Notes: generated by a model from the sequence alone, not told the origin. A stretch of DNA of 64,000 nt from Candidatus Saccharimonadia bacterium (GCA_023253175.1 JALRHH010000002.1:256199-320198); one strand, 5' to 3'. Positions 34,691 through 45,913 are shown, counted from the stretch's first letter. Translations and numbers: made by a program.

Positions 34691-35290
34691 TTACTGCTTG
34701 GCGGTTGCGAGCAGGCCAGCAGTTTGATACTGAGTCTGAAGTGCTGTTTTGACTTTCTTGCTATCAGATTTCTCGTACGCAGCCTTAAGAGTCTTTTGAT
34801 AGTCAACGAGCTGGGCTTGAATCGTTTGGATGAATACTTCGTCAAACTTATTGGATTGCTCGGCGCTCGTTAAAAGCGTGTCAGTTTTTTGATTTTTACC
34901 GAGAGCTAATTGCTTGTCAGATACCTTGATATCATTTGATTTCAGCGTCGCAAGCAGCGTAGTTTGGTCTGACTTGAGGCTGAGATTCACGCTTGTTGCC
35001 AGGTTCTTAGCACTGGATCCCTTGGCAAGCTTCAGCCCAATCTCGCTAATACGAATAATCTCGGTTTGCTTTTGCGTGGCCTTCAGAATTTCATCGCGGC
35101 CTGCGTTGGAGGCGCTTGAGAGTAAGGTGGCAACAATAATACCAATAATGAGTAGTACAATTACGCCGCCCAAAACAATAAAAAGACGACCTTGTTTTGA
35201 GGTGCCTAGATTGCCACCCAGGCGCGGCTTTGCGTGGTTGGCATCCACAATAAATTGGTACGGATTATGAGGTTGATTGTGTTCTGTCAT
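34691..35290 (-). CDS. hypothetical membrane-anchored protein
   Basis: 199 aa with a single N-terminal TM segment (LFIVLGGVIVLLIIGIIVATLL). Confidence 0.5.
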   Translation of the reverse strand: MTEHNQPHNPYQFIVDANHAKPRLGGNLGTSKQGRLFIVLGGVIVLLIIGIIVATLLSSASNAGRDEILKATQKQTEIIRISEIGLKLAKGSSAKNLATSVNLSLKSDQTTLLATLKSNDIKVSDKQLALGKNQKTDTLLTSAEQSNKFDEVFIQTIQAQLVDYQKTLKAAYEKSDSKKVKTALQTQYQTAGLLATAKQ

Positions 35291-35387
35291 GCTTATGCAT
35301 AATCATACCGCCGTAGGGGCAAAAACACTAGAGCTTACTGCTACTGCTTGTCTGTTTCGGGCAAGTAGCACATACTTACTAACAGAT

Positions 35388-37139
35388 ATGGACGCTGTCG
35401 AAGAAATCAAATCACGCCTAAACATTGAAGATGTAATTGGTGAATATGTCGAGCTAAAGCGTGCTGGCCGTAATTTTAAGGGCTTAAGTCCATTTACGAG
35501 CGAGAAATCCGCAAGCTTTATGGTCAGTCCAGAGAAGGGTATTTGGCATGATTTTTCATCTGGCAAGGGCGGCAACGTTTTTAGCTTTATCATGGAGCTT
35601 GAAGGCCTAGAGTTCAAAGAAGCGCTCGAGTTACTTGCACGCAAGGCTAACGTTGATCTTGAGCAGTTTCGGGGTTCACGCGGCGGTGGTAACGGCAAGC
35701 TCAAGGAACGTCTGTATGCGGCGAATGAGATGGCCTGCAAGTTTTATCAGGTGCAGTTTAGTAAGAATCAGGTAGCACTAGAGTACGTCTTTAAAAAGCG
35801 CCAGTTTACCAAAGAAACTGCCCTCGAATTCCGACTTGGCTACGCGCCGAATAATGGCTCTGCCTTAATTGACTACCTTAAAAAACAAGGCTTTACGGAA
35901 AAAGAATTAACCCAGGCTGGCCTGACAGCCAAGCGCTACCGTGGCGGTATTCAAGATATGTTCCGTGGCCGCTTGATGGTGGCACTGCAGGACCAGCAGG
36001 GGCGGGTAATTGGCTTTACGGCTCGGCTACTCGACGATGACCCTAACGCACCAAAATATCTTAATACCCCGCAGACACTGCTGTATGACAAGTCCCGTCA
36101 TGTGTACGGACTGCATCTCGCGAAAGACAGCTTGCGCCGTGATGGCTTCGCGGTACTCGTCGAAGGCAACCTCGATGTTATCGCCAGTCATCAAGTTGGA
36201 GTAAAAAATGTCGTCGCAACCGCTGGTACAGCGCTTACCGAAATGCATCTGAAGACAATAAGTAGGTTTACGGGCGACTTGCGTCTGGCATTTGACCAGG
36301 ACAAAGCTGGCATCGCCGCAACAGAACGCGCTATTCCGATCGCCAGTAAGGTCGGTGTGAAACTAAACATTATTTCTATCCCAGAGGGTAAAGACCCGGA
36401 CGAGCTTATTAAAAAAGACAAGTCATTATGGGACCAAGCGATTGAAAATCCGCAGTATGCGATTGATTGGGTGATTGATCAATACGCGCAGCGGCTCGAT
36501 CTAGAAAAAGCTCCAGACAAGCGTGAATTCAGTGATGTAACACTGGCAGTCGTACGGCAGCTCCCGGATAGCGTAGAGCAGGATCATTACACACAAAAAA
36601 TCGCCAAGATTCTAGGCGTCAGTCCTGATGCGATCGCAAGTAAGCTTAAAGAAGCCCCTAAAGCCCGCGTTTCTCGTAAACAACAGACCCGAAAAGAGGT
36701 CGTTGTTGACCAGCATCTTTTAGAGCGAAAGAAACTGCAGGACCAGGTGCTCGCAATTGGACTTATGCGGCCCGGAATTCGTGGTGAACTCAAAGATGTG
36801 AATGAAAAATCCTTACCAGAGGAGCCGGCTCGGCAATTGTTGGCATATCTTTTAGATCATCCAGACTTCGACGGAAAGCTCGCAGGACAGCAGGAGTTGA
36901 AGGATATCACCGAATATATTAAAATAGTGTCATTACAGTACGAAGCGTTGTACCAAGATTTAGACGATGTGCAGCTGCAGCAAGAGCTAAAGCGCCAACG
37001 AAACCGTCTCCAAGAACAATATATTAAGACCCGTAAAGCGGAAATTTCGCGGCTGCTGCATGATGCAGATGATGCCGAGATAGCTGTGCTGCTATCAGAG
37101 GTGAAAGACCTCGATGCACAGCTCAAAACACTGCTATAA
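35388..37139 (+). CDS. dnaG: DNA primase
   Basis: Zinc-finger region ([34 protein letters not shown]) and a TOPRIM domain ([10 protein letters not shown]). Start at [11 protein letters not shown] (ATG 35388). Confidence 0.92.
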   Translation: MDAVEEIKSRLNIEDVIGEYVELKRAGRNFKGLSPFTSEKSASFMVSPEKGIWHDFSSGKGGNVFSFIMELEGLEFKEALELLARKANVDLEQFRGSRGGGNGKLKERLYAANEMACKFYQVQFSKNQVALEYVFKKRQFTKETALEFRLGYAPNNGSALIDYLKKQGFTEKELTQAGLTAKRYRGGIQDMFRGRLMVALQDQQGRVIGFTARLLDDDPNAPKYLNTPQTLLYDKSRHVYGLHLAKDSLRRDGFAVLVEGNLDVIASHQVGVKNVVATAGTALTEMHLKTISRFTGDLRLAFDQDKAGIAATERAIPIASKVGVKLNIISIPEGKDPDELIKKDKSLWDQAIENPQYAIDWVIDQYAQRLDLEKAPDKREFSDVTLAVVRQLPDSVEQDHYTQKIAKILGVSPDAIASKLKEAPKARVSRKQQTRKEVVVDQHLLERKKLQDQVLAIGLMRPGIRGELKDVNEKSLPEEPARQLLAYLLDHPDFDGKLAGQQELKDITEYIKIVSLQYEALYQDLDDVQLQQELKRQRNRLQEQYIKTRKAEISRLLHDADDAEIAVLLSEVKDLDAQLKTLL

Positions 37140-37165
37140 ATGCGGTAACCCAAAGAGGAGTATGC

Positions 37166-38299
37166 ATGGCTAAAGACAAGGCACCCAAAGAAGTATCAAT
37201 CGATGATATTAAGAAAGTATTAGTAGAAAAAGCTAAAAAAGAAGGCAAGATTGCACAGCAAGACATTTTTGCGGTTATTCCAGATGTGCCAGAAAATGCT
37301 GAGGTATTGGACGGACTGTATACCGAACTTGCTGAAGTAAACGTTGAAATCACCGTAGATGCGGCTGCTGACCCAGTAGTAGATGGTCCTGCCGTTGAAA
37401 TGAGCGACGAGTGGACTGCCGAAGATGACGAAGAGATCGTCATTGATGAAAAAGCGTATCTTGACGACATCGCTGATGACTCAGTCCGTCTGTATCTTCG
37501 TGAAATCGGTAAAATTCCACTGCTTAACGCAGAAGAGGAACTGGAGCTTGCACAAAAAGTTGTTGCAGGTGACAAGCGCGCCAAGGACAAGATGGCAGAG
37601 GCAAACATGCGTCTTGTCGTGTCTATTGCGAAGCGCTACGTGGGCCGTGGCCTCGATCTTCTTGATCTTATCCAAGAAGGTAACACTGGTTTGTTGCGCG
37701 CCGTTGAGAAGTTCGATCCGGACAAGGGATTCAAATTCTCTACCTATGCAACATGGTGGATCCGCCAGGCTATTACGCGCGCGATTGCTGACCAGGCACG
37801 AACGATTCGTATTCCGGTGCACATGGTTGAAACAATTAACAAATTACTTCGTACACAGCGCCGCCTAACCCAGGAACTCAACCGCGAGCCTACCAACGAA
37901 GAAATCGCCAAAGAAATGGAGATCGAGGTAGAGAAGGTAGAGCACATCATGAAGATTAAGCAGGACATTAGTTCGCTTGATGCATCTGTACGTGATGATG
38001 AAGAAGATTCAGTACTCGCTGACTTCATTGAGGACGAAGACACTATCTCTCCTGAAGAATCAGCTACCAACCAGCTTCTTAAGGAGCACGTCAAAGACAT
38101 GCTTGGTGCACTGACAGAGCGCGAACAAAAGATCCTCAAGCTCCGCTTTGGACTAGAAGACGGCAAGAGTCACACCTTAGAGGAAGTAGGGCAGGAATTC
38201 AGCGTTACCCGTGAACGTATCCGTCAGATCGAAGCAAAAGCACTCGCCAAGCTCCGCAAGCACAAAGACAGCAAAAAACTCCACGACTATATTAAATAA
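37166..38299 (+). CDS. rpoD: RNA polymerase primary sigma factor
   Basis: Regions 2-4 conserved: [52 protein letters not shown]. The dnaG-rpoD arrangement is present. Confidence 0.95.
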   Translation: MAKDKAPKEVSIDDIKKVLVEKAKKEGKIAQQDIFAVIPDVPENAEVLDGLYTELAEVNVEITVDAAADPVVDGPAVEMSDEWTAEDDEEIVIDEKAYLDDIADDSVRLYLREIGKIPLLNAEEELELAQKVVAGDKRAKDKMAEANMRLVVSIAKRYVGRGLDLLDLIQEGNTGLLRAVEKFDPDKGFKFSTYATWWIRQAITRAIADQARTIRIPVHMVETINKLLRTQRRLTQELNREPTNEEIAKEMEIEVEKVEHIMKIKQDISSLDASVRDDEEDSVLADFIEDEDTISPEESATNQLLKEHVKDMLGALTEREQKILKLRFGLEDGKSHTLEEVGQEFSVTRERIRQIEAKALAKLRKHKDSKKLHDYIK

Positions 38300-38323
38300 A
38301 ATAAGTCGTCAGTGATATTCATG

Positions 38324-38348
38324 AAAACCCCGGCAGGTCCGGGGTTTT
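38324..38348 (+). terminator. intrinsic terminator after rpoD
   Basis: AAAACCCCGG-caggt-CCGGGGTTTT. Confidence 0.85.
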
Positions 38349-38528
38349 CTGGTAGAATAGACGGGATGTTTAAAGCTGATTTTAATTCCACAGTCTGTGA
38401 AGTGAAGTGCTTGCCATCGAGTGCAATCTGTTCAATTTTTGCGAGAAGCCATAGCCGTAGCTACGGCGACGAGCAAAATTGGCAGAGTGTGCCGACGGCA
38501 AGCGCTGAGGCTGGAGTGGGGAATTAAA

Positions 38529-39128
38529 ATGAGCTTTGTTCTTATTGGACTTTCGGGAACAAACGGCAGTGGCAAGGATACAATCGGCCATATGCTGGCA
38601 GAGCGTCACAATTTTCTTTTCATCTCGGCAAGTGATTTGCTCCGAGATGAGGCACGGGCTAGGGGTGAGGAGCCAACCCGTGAAATTCTCCGTACAATTA
38701 GCGCAGAGTGGCGCCGTGAATCTGGACATCTTGGTGTACTAGTGGACAAAGCTGTTGAGCAGTACAGCCAAGTTGCAGATATGTATCCCGGTGGACTTGT
38801 TGTCGTGAGTCTTCGCAACCCAGGTGAGGCCGATCGCATCCATGAAATGGATGGTGTGATGGTATGGGCAGATGCCGACCAGAAAGTCCGATACGACCGT
38901 ATTATGGCACACGCAGCGGCGCGTAACCGCGCAGGTGAAGATAACAGGACATTTGAGCAGTTTCAGCTTGAGGAGGCCGCGGAGATGACGAGTAGCGGCG
39001 ACACGGCAACCCTTAATATGTCTGCCGTAAAAGAGCGCTCCGATATTTTTATCACGAATGATGGTGATGATATTGATGCGTTTAAGGACGAGGCAGAGCT
39101 CGCGCTTAAGCTCGAAAATATTCTCTAG
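38529..39128 (+). CDS. P-loop nucleoside/nucleotide kinase-like protein
   Basis: N-terminal P-loop LIGLSGTNGSGKDT, about 200 aa. Start moved to ATG 38529. Confidence 0.55.
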   Translation: MSFVLIGLSGTNGSGKDTIGHMLAERHNFLFISASDLLRDEARARGEEPTREILRTISAEWRRESGHLGVLVDKAVEQYSQVADMYPGGLVVVSLRNPGEADRIHEMDGVMVWADADQKVRYDRIMAHAAARNRAGEDNRTFEQFQLEEAAEMTSSGDTATLNMSAVKERSDIFITNDGDDIDAFKDEAELALKLENIL

Positions 39129-39146
39129 CAGAGGTATACTTATAAG

Positions 39147-40253
39147 ATGTCCAAAACGACTTTTTCATCTGATACTTCAATCTTTACGGATAAATTAGCA
39201 AGCTACAAGCAGCTTATTGATAGCGACATTGATGCTTTTGTTCAGAAATTAGAGCGCGAAACACTGCAGCACTATGGTGCATATGCACGGCTCGCGATTG
39301 ATGCGTATGGCAGTATTTTGCAGCGCGGTGGCAAGCGGATCCGGGGTAGCCTCGCGATGGTTGCCTATGAAATGGCAGGGGGCAAGAACCGGGTACTTAG
39401 CCTACAGTTGGCACGTGTTCTTGAGATGCTCCACGCCTATATTTTGATTGTTGATGACTTTCAGGATCGATCACATGTCAGACGCGGCGGTCCAGCGGCG
39501 CACACATTATTGGCTCAGTATCACAGCCGCCATGAGCTTGCAGGGGATAGTGAACATTTCGGTGCGTCAATTGCCATGAACGCTGCGTTGGCGGGCAATC
39601 ACTTGGCACAGCAAGCTATCGCAGAAATGGATGTTTCTTCAGAGGTAAAACTAAAAATTAGTAGTATGATTAACGGCACAATGGTCACCACGGCTCATGG
39701 ACAGACAAGTGACATTATTAATGAAGTCGTTGCCGATGTCCCGATGCAGGATATTGAAAATGTACTTGAATGGAAGACTGCCCACTACACATTTTTGAAC
39801 CCATTGACTGCAGGCTTGGCACTGGCGGGCGCTGATCAGGAGGCTCCTGAAAAAATCCACGCATACGCAATGCATGCAGGTAAGGCATTCCAGATTACTG
39901 ACGATATTCTTGGCACCTTCGGCAGTGAATTCGAAAGCGGTAAGAGCCCGATGGACGATATCCGAGAAGGTAAACGAACCCTCATCATTGCCCATGCGTT
40001 AGAGCATACAGGTAACGGAAATAAGAACTTTCTTGTTCGCATGCTCGGTAACGAATCAATTACCCCAGTGGAATTCGAGCGCTGCAAGGACATATTAGTA
40101 GAATCGGGTGCGCTAGAGTATGCCCAGCAACAGTCAAAGACACATGTCGACGCTGCTCTCGAGGCACTCCTGAATCCGCCTACGTCATGGAATTCAGACG
40201 GTGTGGATTTCCTTCGTAGGCTTGCGCAGCAGCTCCTCGGTCGCACTAAATAA
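39147..40253 (+). CDS. polyprenyl diphosphate synthase (GGPP-synthase-like)
   Basis: First and second Asp-rich motifs: LIVDDFQDRSHVRRG and QITDDILG. Confidence 0.85.
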   Translation: MSKTTFSSDTSIFTDKLASYKQLIDSDIDAFVQKLERETLQHYGAYARLAIDAYGSILQRGGKRIRGSLAMVAYEMAGGKNRVLSLQLARVLEMLHAYILIVDDFQDRSHVRRGGPAAHTLLAQYHSRHELAGDSEHFGASIAMNAALAGNHLAQQAIAEMDVSSEVKLKISSMINGTMVTTAHGQTSDIINEVVADVPMQDIENVLEWKTAHYTFLNPLTAGLALAGADQEAPEKIHAYAMHAGKAFQITDDILGTFGSEFESGKSPMDDIREGKRTLIIAHALEHTGNGNKNFLVRMLGNESITPVEFERCKDILVESGALEYAQQQSKTHVDAALEALLNPPTSWNSDGVDFLRRLAQQLLGRTK

Positions 40254-40307
40254 TTGAATAACAGTAAGCATTTTTCCTGCTACCCATAACGGCGTATACT
40301 ATCTGTA

Positions 40308-42971
40308 ATGGCAGAAGGACGAAAAAAGCTCGCGGTTATTGACGGTAAGTCGGTTTTTTACCGTGGATACTACGCGATGCCTAATCTCGCGACCAGGGAA
40401 GGCGTGCCAACAGGCGGCGTATATGGCTTTGCGGTGATGGCTCTTGAGGTCATTAAGATGCTGAAACCTGATTACGTCTGTGTGGCGTGGGATAAGCCAA
40501 AGACCAATATTCGTAAGCGGCTCGAGATGTACCCTGAATACAAGGCTGGCCGTAAACCGCCACCACCAGATTTCTATACTCAAATTCCAATGCTGCATGA
40601 ACTGCTCGAAGCATTTGGTTGGCCGCTGTACGAACTTGATGACTACGAGGCCGACGATATCATGGGCACGCTTGCAACACAGGCTGCCAAAGAGGACATC
40701 GAATCTATGCTCATCACATCCGACATGGACATGCTGCAGCTGGTTGATCCTCATATTCACGTGTTTGCGCTGAAAAAGGGTCTCAGTAACATCGAGCTCT
40801 ACAGTCCAGCGAGCTTCACTGCAAAGTACGGCATCCGCCCAGATCAATTCCTGGATCTTAAGGCCTTAAAGGGCGATAGTTCAGACAATATTCCTGGCGT
40901 ACCTGGTATTGGCGAAAAGGGTGGTATTGACCTGCTTAAGGCGTATGAAACCTTAGACGGTGTGTACGAGAACCTACCACTCCTTAAAGATGGTGTTCGA
41001 AAGAAGCTAGAAGCAGGCAAGGACCTGGCGTACTTGAGCAAAAAAATTGCTGCAATCTGGACTGATGCGCCCATTGACCTGGATCTCGAAGCGCTCGATG
41101 TTAATAAATGTGAGCCAGAAAAGATTCTGGAACTACTGCGCCGATTTGAATTTAGGACGCTTGCGCGGCAGCTTCCCGAGATCATGGCCGTTAAGGACGA
41201 CGGAGGTGTGCCACAGACAGGTGACATTCAGCTTGGTGTTATGCCAAAGAATACGGTGATTGCTTCTGACGAAGATCTCCGGGCGACTGCCGCGCCAATT
41301 CTAGGTGCCGAGCGTCTGGTACTTGTCGGGAGATCGCAGGGTAAGCACGGTAACCGTCCTGAGGTGTTGCTCGTTAGTCCTGATACAAAAAATTTGTATA
41401 CACTTGATCTCAAGGAAATTTCAAAAGAAGTACTCGTTGAAGTACTTGGCCCAGTTTTAGCGAATAAAGCCATTCCAAAAATCGGCCACGATATTAAAAA
41501 TACGCTCCAAATTTGTTATGAACTGGGGCTTGAAGTCGATGGCATCGGCCATGACACACAGATTGGTGCGTTCCTGCTGAATGCACTCCGCAAAGACCTG
41601 TCCCTAAGTGAACTTGCGTTTGCGGAACTGGGATACGAGGCTTCAGATTTGAGTAGTCTTGACCCAGAAGAGTTTGTATCACGAAGCCCAGAGATCATTG
41701 CTATTATCCATGCGCTTGCCGACAAGCAGGCTAAGGACCTTGCGGCCATTCCAAAACTCAAAGACCTGGCAGAGAAGATAGAATGGCCGGTTATTGCAGT
41801 ACTTGCGCGCATGGAGCACGAAGGTATTAAACTCGACACCAGTTATCTCGATACGATGTCGAAACAGCTTACGGATTACATTAGTGATGTCGAGCAGCAG
41901 ATTTATGGCCATGCTGACCAAGAGTTCAATATTGGTTCGCCGTCGCAGCTGGCAGATATTTTGTTCAACAAGTTGCAGCTACCAACTCAAGGCGTGAAAA
42001 AGGGAAAGACCGGTTACTCAACAGCCGCTAATGAGCTGGATAAGCTCCGGGCCGCACACCCAATTATTAATCTCATTACGCAGTACCGCGAATACACAAA
42101 ACTCAAGAGTACCTACGTTGACACGCTGCCGCACATGGTCGATAGCCGTTCGCGTGTGCACACAACCTTTGCGCTGACCGTGGCCCAGACCGGTCGTCTC
42201 AGTAGCAATGACCCGAATCTACAGAATATCCCAGTTCGTACGGAACTCGGCAAGCATATTCGCACGGCGTTTGTGGCAGGAAAGGGCAATGTGCTTGTTA
42301 GTGCCGATTACTCGCAGTTTGAACTCCGCCTCGCCGCATATCTTGCCAATGATACGGAATTAATCGAAATGTTCAACAATGGTGCAGATATCCATACCGC
42401 AACAGCTGCACAGGTATATAATCGCCAGCCAGACGAGGTTAGCAAGCAAATGCGCCGCGATGCCAAGGTTATTAACTTTGGTGTGCTGTACGGCATGAGC
42501 CCGCACGGCTTGTCGATTGCGACGGGTATGACGTTATCTGCTGCCAAGACATTTATTGATAAGTATTTCGAGCTTAGAAAGCCGCTGCTTGATTACATGA
42601 ACCACCTCAAGGAGCTGGCACATCAGCAGGGCTATGTTGAAACACTGTTTGGTCGCCGCCGGCCAACACCAGATGTAAACTCGTCTAACTTTGTTGTGCG
42701 CCAAGCTGCAGAACGCGCTGCTATTAACATGCCGATCCAGGGAACAGAAGCAGATCTGATGAAACTAGCAATGGTTCAGGTGGATGAAAGGCTGAAGGGC
42801 ACCCAGGCTAAACAGCTGCTCCAGATCCATGACTCAATCCTGATTGAATGTCCCGAAGCGGACGGCGAAAAGATCGCACATATGCTAAAAGAAACCATGG
42901 AAAACGTCCACAAACTACCAGTTGCTCTTACGGTGGATACAACCATAGGCAAAAACTGGGGCGAACTATGA
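40308..42971 (+). CDS. polA: DNA polymerase I
   Basis: 887 aa. 5'-3' exonuclease N-terminus (GVPGIGEKG); pol motifs A/B/C (LVSADYSQFELRL, RRDAKVINFGVLYGMS, QIHDSIL). Confidence 0.97.
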   Translation: MAEGRKKLAVIDGKSVFYRGYYAMPNLATREGVPTGGVYGFAVMALEVIKMLKPDYVCVAWDKPKTNIRKRLEMYPEYKAGRKPPPPDFYTQIPMLHELLEAFGWPLYELDDYEADDIMGTLATQAAKEDIESMLITSDMDMLQLVDPHIHVFALKKGLSNIELYSPASFTAKYGIRPDQFLDLKALKGDSSDNIPGVPGIGEKGGIDLLKAYETLDGVYENLPLLKDGVRKKLEAGKDLAYLSKKIAAIWTDAPIDLDLEALDVNKCEPEKILELLRRFEFRTLARQLPEIMAVKDDGGVPQTGDIQLGVMPKNTVIASDEDLRATAAPILGAERLVLVGRSQGKHGNRPEVLLVSPDTKNLYTLDLKEISKEVLVEVLGPVLANKAIPKIGHDIKNTLQICYELGLEVDGIGHDTQIGAFLLNALRKDLSLSELAFAELGYEASDLSSLDPEEFVSRSPEIIAIIHALADKQAKDLAAIPKLKDLAEKIEWPVIAVLARMEHEGIKLDTSYLDTMSKQLTDYISDVEQQIYGHADQEFNIGSPSQLADILFNKLQLPTQGVKKGKTGYSTAANELDKLRAAHPIINLITQYREYTKLKSTYVDTLPHMVDSRSRVHTTFALTVAQTGRLSSNDPNLQNIPVRTELGKHIRTAFVAGKGNVLVSADYSQFELRLAAYLANDTELIEMFNNGADIHTATAAQVYNRQPDEVSKQMRRDAKVINFGVLYGMSPHGLSIATGMTLSAAKTFIDKYFELRKPLLDYMNHLKELAHQQGYVETLFGRRRPTPDVNSSNFVVRQAAERAAINMPIQGTEADLMKLAMVQVDERLKGTQAKQLLQIHDSILIECPEADGEKIAHMLKETMENVHKLPVALTVDTTIGKNWGEL

Positions 42972-43405
42972 CCGTTAAATTATTTCATGTTGGCATCAAG
43001 GCACTGGTTAAGAATGATGCAGGCAAGTATTTATTACTTCAGGTTAACCCCGCAAAACTGAGCGGAAAACAGGAAGCGTACTGGGATATTCCTGGCGGCC
43101 GTATAGAAGAAGATGGCTCGGTAGCAGAGACGCTCAGTAGGGAAGTCTTCGAAGAGCTCGGTGTCGGTATAAAAGGCGATCCGGAGTTTTTTACGGCAGT
43201 GGTTTCAAATATAGAAATACCGACTGACTCCGGCAAGGTCGGATTGGCTTTGATGGTTTATACGGTCAAGCTAGCAAGCACAGATATACTTATAAGCGAC
43301 GAGCACATAGGTTACGAATGGGTCGCACCGGAAGTAGCCGCAGAGCGATTAGGCCATAAATATCCAACCGAATTTACATATCGACTGAGTGAAGACATCT
43401 CCTGA
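42968..43405 (+). CDS. NUDIX hydrolase
   Basis: Nudix box PGGRIEEDGSVAETLSREVFEELGV. The ATG overlaps the polA stop (ATGA). Confidence 0.85.
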   Translation: MTVKLFHVGIKALVKNDAGKYLLLQVNPAKLSGKQEAYWDIPGGRIEEDGSVAETLSREVFEELGVGIKGDPEFFTAVVSNIEIPTDSGKVGLALMVYTVKLASTDILISDEHIGYEWVAPEVAAERLGHKYPTEFTYRLSEDIS

Positions 43406-43512
43406 GAAAAATCTTACAGCTTTTCGGGTTAATACGCGGAATACTGGAACTACTATTTGGGTAGGCGTTTCGGTTTGTGATTATTGTCTTGCCCATTCTT
43501 GAAGGAGGGGTT

Positions 43513-43779
43513 ATGTCAGCAGCGGTTATGGAGAGAGAAGGGGGTGACGATAGAAAACCCGAGATACTAATAGAGCGACTGCATGAGATGCTAAGCCAAC
43601 CGGATATTCCAGAGCCCGTATATGATTCTAGTGAACTACGCCCGGCGGTAGGAGAGTTTGCTGTGGTTCCTTTAGGTAGGGAGCGCCTACCTCACTACCC
43701 CAGGGTTCTTGGGCGAGTTGCAACACGTCGGGTGCACATGAGGCAATCGGCCCCGCCGCCTAATATATACAAAGGCTAA
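43513..43779 (+). CDS. hypothetical protein
   Basis: GAAGGAGG SD (43501-43508) precedes ATG 43513; 88 aa with no motif. Confidence 0.45.
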   Translation: MSAAVMEREGGDDRKPEILIERLHEMLSQPDIPEPVYDSSELRPAVGEFAVVPLGRERLPHYPRVLGRVATRRVHMRQSAPPPNIYKG

Positions 43780-43961
43780 TCGTCAGAGGTTTTCTTGCCA
43801 CCACGTAAACTAATGGCCAAAACTATACCGACAAGCAGTAGGCTGATGCCTAGGGTGATAATCAGAAGGGCGCTGTAGTTGAGTGTCTCTGCCTGGGTAG
43901 TAGCTGCCTGTACGGCTTCTTCGGTTTGATGATCATGACCTGCGTGTGCAATATTAAACAT
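43776..43961 (-). CDS. small membrane protein with His-rich N-terminus
   Basis: MFNIAHAGHDHQ... followed by one TM segment (LLIITLGISLLLVGIVLAI). Confidence 0.4.
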   Translation of the reverse strand: MFNIAHAGHDHQTEEAVQAATTQAETLNYSALLIITLGISLLLVGIVLAISLRGGKKTSDD

Positions 43962-44048
43962 AAGCTTATTCTAACACGTGTCTGTTGGTGAGCCGATACA
44001 ACCATAAACACTATTGCATAACTTGCATATCTGTGATATAATATAGTT

Positions 44049-44609
44049 ATGGTTAAGTATGTGATAGGTGCAATCAGCACGATTTTATTACTAGTTTTGG
44101 TATTTGTCTTTGTGGTAAACAGGGGTGATGACCAGAGTTCTACAAACACACCTAAGGTTCTAAAGCTCGTTGACTATGCCGAGAAGGACAGTCATGTGAC
44201 ATTTCAGACGGATGGTAGGCTCGTGGGCGAAGAAGAGCGCCGTTCAGTACGTATTACTGTATCTGCAAATGAGCGTCGTCTTGAGGTTCTCAGTGGCTAC
44301 AACAACGATGTAATTAACAGTCAATCATTCCCAAATACACAAGCTGCCTATGCCGCATTCCTCAGTGGTCTGAGTGGGCAAGGTTTCATGCAGTCAAAGA
44401 AGACTTCAGTGACTAATCCGCTGAGCGTCTGTGTTAACGGCAAGCACTATTACTACACCGTCACGGATGGTAACGACAAGAAGTCCGACCTGTGGTCAGT
44501 AAGCTGCGACAAAACTGGTACATTTGGTGGCCGCGCTAACGCAACCCGTGAGCTTTTCCAGCGCCAGATTCCTGAATACAATCAGCTGACTCAGGGCGTA
44601 AAGCTTTAG
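44049..44609 (+). CDS. hypothetical secreted/membrane-anchored protein
   Basis: N-terminal hydrophobic segment (VIGAISTILLLVLVFVFVV). ATG lies 6 nt after TATAAT (44037-44042), with TTGCAT 17 nt upstream of that. Confidence 0.55.
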   Translation: MVKYVIGAISTILLLVLVFVFVVNRGDDQSSTNTPKVLKLVDYAEKDSHVTFQTDGRLVGEEERRSVRITVSANERRLEVLSGYNNDVINSQSFPNTQAAYAAFLSGLSGQGFMQSKKTSVTNPLSVCVNGKHYYYTVTDGNDKKSDLWSVSCDKTGTFGGRANATRELFQRQIPEYNQLTQGVKL

Positions 44610-44629
44610 CATAATCGGTTCTATGAGAT

Positions 44630-44657
44630 AAAAACCAGGATTCATCTCCTGGTTTTT
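44630..44657 (+). terminator. intrinsic terminator
   Basis: AAAAACCAGGA-ttcatc-TCCTGGTTTTT. Confidence 0.85.
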
Positions 44658-44726
44658 ATTTTGCATTGCTTTTTGGCGCATGCGGGCGTATTACAAAAGT
44701 ACTATCTAATTTTGTAGGACAACACA

Positions 44727-45314
44727 ATGAACATAGTCGAATCGCACGCGGCTGTTACGCAGTTAGAGGCTAAAAAATCACCCGCCGAGACCTATCAAAC
44801 ATTTTATGATCTGTACGGGGAGGCGGCACTTCAACGGCGTGGCCCGAGCGGCTGGCATGTGGTTCTTGGGCGTGTTTTGCATTTTGATCTTAATGACAGC
44901 AGGGATGTACATGTCATGGTTGCACGGAGCAACGAAAGCATGAATCTGCCAATAAGGCGGCGCTATAGTTCTTTGGGTTTGCCCATGCACGAGGTGCCAT
45001 ATCGCGCCAGTGATTTCATGGTAGCGTCCACGGATGGCCAGGGTATTGCCGTATACGGAGTCAGGTCAGTCATGGGAATATATCGCAATCACATCAACGG
45101 TGTTGATAAACCGTACAACCCACAGTACGAGAAGCTACAGCTTCGCCTGGAATCGGAGCAGGGCGCTAGCCGAGCTGAATTTCAATATGCATCTGGTGAT
45201 GGAATATTCGAGCTTCATGGGTACCCTGCAGGCTGGATTCTAAGTGAGCTTGAGTCATCTCGCATCCAGGCGGGTATTCTGCAAGGTATCGGTCATGCGG
45301 CTATAGCCTCATAG
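44727..45314 (+). CDS. hypothetical protein
   Basis: 195-aa ORF with no recognisable motif. Confidence 0.45.
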   Translation: MNIVESHAAVTQLEAKKSPAETYQTFYDLYGEAALQRRGPSGWHVVLGRVLHFDLNDSRDVHVMVARSNESMNLPIRRRYSSLGLPMHEVPYRASDFMVASTDGQGIAVYGVRSVMGIYRNHINGVDKPYNPQYEKLQLRLESEQGASRAEFQYASGDGIFELHGYPAGWILSELESSRIQAGILQGIGHAAIAS

Positions 45315-45340
45315 CCACCGGTACCTGTACAATAGGGCGG

Positions 45341-45913
45341 ATGGTGAAGGTGATAATTTTTGATTGTTTTGGTGTGCTGGCGACCGACATTTGGCTTGCA
45401 TTTTGCGAAAGCCTGCCGGCCACTGCAGACTTAGAACGTGCCCGTGACCTCAATAAAGCATTTGATCGAGGCATGATAACCCATCAAGAGTTTCTTGATG
45501 GAGTTTTCGAGGCGACTGGTCAGTATCCGCCAGATATAGAGCAACTTTCAGTCGGCCAGCTCGGCAAGAATACGCTACTTTTGGATGTTATTAGGACGCT
45601 GAAACCGCAGTATAAAATCGGGCTACTCAGTAACATATCGTCTGACTGGATTACTGAAGAGTTACTTTCAGCGGATGATCAGCGGCTATTTGATGACATG
45701 GTATTTTCGCACAAGGTTGGCCTGACGAAGCCAGACCCTCGTATCTATCAACTGGCCTGCGACAGGCTCGGTGTACTACCGGAAGAAGCCGTTATGGTTG
45801 ATGATCGGGCGGGGTATATCGATGCAGCCCGCGAGTTTGGTATGCAGGGGATTGTATATACAAGTCTTCCTGATTTCCAGGCAGACCTCGCCAATCTACT
45901 TAATACGAATTAA
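45341..45913 (+). CDS. HAD-superfamily hydrolase
   Basis: IIFDCFGVL (motif I), LLSNIS (motif II), VDDRAGYIDAAREFGMQG (motif IV region). Confidence 0.8.
   Translation: MVKVIIFDCFGVLATDIWLAFCESLPATADLERARDLNKAFDRGMITHQEFLDGVFEATGQYPPDIEQLSVGQLGKNTLLLDVIRTLKPQYKIGLLSNISSDWITEELLSADDQRLFDDMVFSHKVGLTKPDPRIYQLACDRLGVLPEEAVMVDDRAGYIDAAREFGMQGIVYTSLPDFQADLANLLNTN

Noticed and set aside
37123-37608. 161-aa Ser-rich minus-strand ORF and other long antisense ORFs (for example 17170..17730, 17761..18096, 40844..41227, 51102..51533)
   Set aside because: All lie antisense to strongly supported conserved genes (rpoD, groEL, polA, the DHH-like gene). They have low-complexity products.
40299-40847. 182-aa minus-strand ORF at the 5' end of polA
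   Set aside because: It overlaps the conserved 5'-3' exonuclease domain of polA on the opposite strand and has no motif of its own.
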